Of a DNA stretch of 28,408 bases, positions 27,499-28,408 are shown one piece after another; the first letter of the stretch is position 1; each line of letters begins with the position of its first letter. This stretch comes from Candidatus Heimdallarchaeota archaeon (GTDB lineage Archaea; Asgardarchaeota; Heimdallarchaeia; Heimdallarchaeales; Heimdallarchaeaceae). Position numbers and translations under genes: made by a program. Under the pieces are notes generated by a model, which searched no databases, was not told the DNA's origin, and saw nothing but the letters and a program-made list of their open reading frames with translations. The stretch is taken from contig JAAFKI010000030.1 of assembly GCA_021399345.1 (NCBI GenBank), positions 1-28,408 of the forward strand, read 5' to 3'.

Positions 27499-27852
27499 TT
27501 AAGTGTGATAAAGTATTTCTGCTCGTTCTATTAGTTCTAAAGTATCAGTTTGATTTGCTAAATCTCTTGCATTTGGGGAGAAATTATTAGCTACTATGAA
27601 CCCACCACTCAAGTTCGACCTTTGAACTAAACGCTCAATATGAATAATTTTATCTGTTCCGACGCTTCTTTTCCAGTCTAAAACCCAAACGCCTACTAGT
27701 AATTCCTTTATTATTATCAAAAAATCTATTGCATGTTTGGAAGGTCCTGTAACAACTGATAATTCGTGAGAAAGAGTTCCGAAACTCTTTAGATATTCAA
27801 GTGACAGTTCAATCAGCGGTTTACTTCGGTCGTAATTCATTGACCACAGCAT
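27499..27852 (-). CDS. Stand-alone Mrr_cat/PD-(D/E)xK-fold protein, probably catalytically degenerate
   Basis: GPSKHAIDFLI...VWVLDWKRSVG...GFIVANNFSPNARDLA...LELIE follows the Mrr-like pattern, but ExK is replaced by WVL. Confidence 0.6.
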   Translation of the reverse strand: MLWSMNYDRSKPLIELSLEYLKSFGTLSHELSVVTGPSKHAIDFLIIIKELLVGVWVLDWKRSVGTDKIIHIERLVQRSNLSGGFIVANNFSPNARDLANQTDTLELIERAEILYHT

Positions 27853-27898
27853 TCTACTGTCTATTAAAATATTTGTATGAAAATCCTCTTATTCTTAA

Positions 27899-28207
27899 TT
27901 AGATTTCAATTTCGAGATTTTTGTCGTTACATTGGATAATCCATTTACCCTTTGTTTTAAGGATTAAAGAAATGCTTTTTCTGAAATTCCTAACAACTTG
28001 AGCAGCCATAAGACTAGCATCTCTTTTTCCATAAATTTTGATTGACACTACTTGTTTTGTTTCATCTATTGAAACTTGTTCGCTAAACATTTCCCAAGCT
28101 GGATCTGGTAGATACCCCTCAATTTCTAAAAGAAATTCACTACCTACTTCTGGTGGAGTATGGATCAATATCCTCGTGATTGGAACAAGTCTTTGACTAT
28201 GCTTCAT
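27899..28207 (-). CDS. Small hypothetical beta-sandwich protein
   Basis: 102-aa ORF with alternating beta-strand pattern and GYLPDPAW; SD-like AAGG upstream. Confidence 0.6.
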   Translation of the reverse strand: MKHSQRLVPITRILIHTPPEVGSEFLLEIEGYLPDPAWEMFSEQVSIDETKQVVSIKIYGKRDASLMAAQVVRNFRKSISLILKTKGKWIIQCNDKNLEIEI

Positions 28208-28269
28208 CAGTCCTTACCTTGAAAACTACTTAATAAACCTTGAGAACAGATAAAGACTTCAAAAGCAAA

Positions 28270-28278
28270 TTTTTATAA
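28270..28278 (+). promoter_or_regulatory. Archaeal TATA box with purine-rich BRE upstream
   Basis: AAAAGCAAA-TTTTTATAA about 24 nt before the ATG at 28302, consistent with a leaderless transcript. Confidence 0.5.
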
Positions 28279-28301
28279 TATCCTTTGAATCAATAAACAT
28301 A

Positions 28302-28408
28302 ATGTCTTCCTCTGATGATAAAACACTAAAGGACAAGGCAAGTACATTTGTTAAAAAATTTGTCAGTGATATTGATGCCAAAGAAGTAGCTGTTCTCATC
28401 ATATTTGG
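28302..28408 (+). CDS. 5' end of a CDS running off the right edge (MSSSDDKTLKDKASTFVKKFVSDIDAKEVAVLIIF...), probably a membrane protein
   Basis: Open frame from ATG at 28302 to the window end; hydrophobic segment beginning; TATA element upstream. Confidence 0.6.
   Translation, partial: MSSSDDKTLKDKASTFVKKFVSDIDAKEVAVLIIF

Noticed and set aside
27499-27852. Restriction-modification or defence island
   Set aside because: Single small degenerate nuclease-fold gene, with no methyltransferase, ATPase or mobile-element context.

Overview
AT-rich, gene-dense archaeal DNA, most consistent with an Asgard archaeon (Heimdallarchaeia-like, by inference). The evidence is a class I LysRS, a geranylgeranyl reductase, an archaeal type IV pilin, and two eukaryotic-signature proteins: an FLCN/SMCR8-like longin-DENN protein and a longin domain fused to about 7 TM helices. 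Housekeeping genes (ribA, acyP, cobB, lysS, GGR, ahcY, GDPD) flank an ~11.5 kb envelope block. That block has two tandem processive cellulose-synthase-like GT2 paralogues and a 924-aa GT-C-fold protein, converging on two MacB/FtsX-type ABC permeases, one carrying a ~1000-aa insert of beta-sandwich repeats. The intergenic gap at 10094-10365 holds a box C/D guide sRNA that the ORF track cannot show. It has an 11-bp terminal stem, and its D guide is complementary to the LSU rRNA motif GUGAGCUGGG, predicting 2'-O-methylation at the site equivalent to yeast Am2946 (E. coli A2577). No tRNA, rRNA, CRISPR array or mobile element was seen. All family assignments come from motif recognition by eye and reference sequences recalled from memory; no searches were run.
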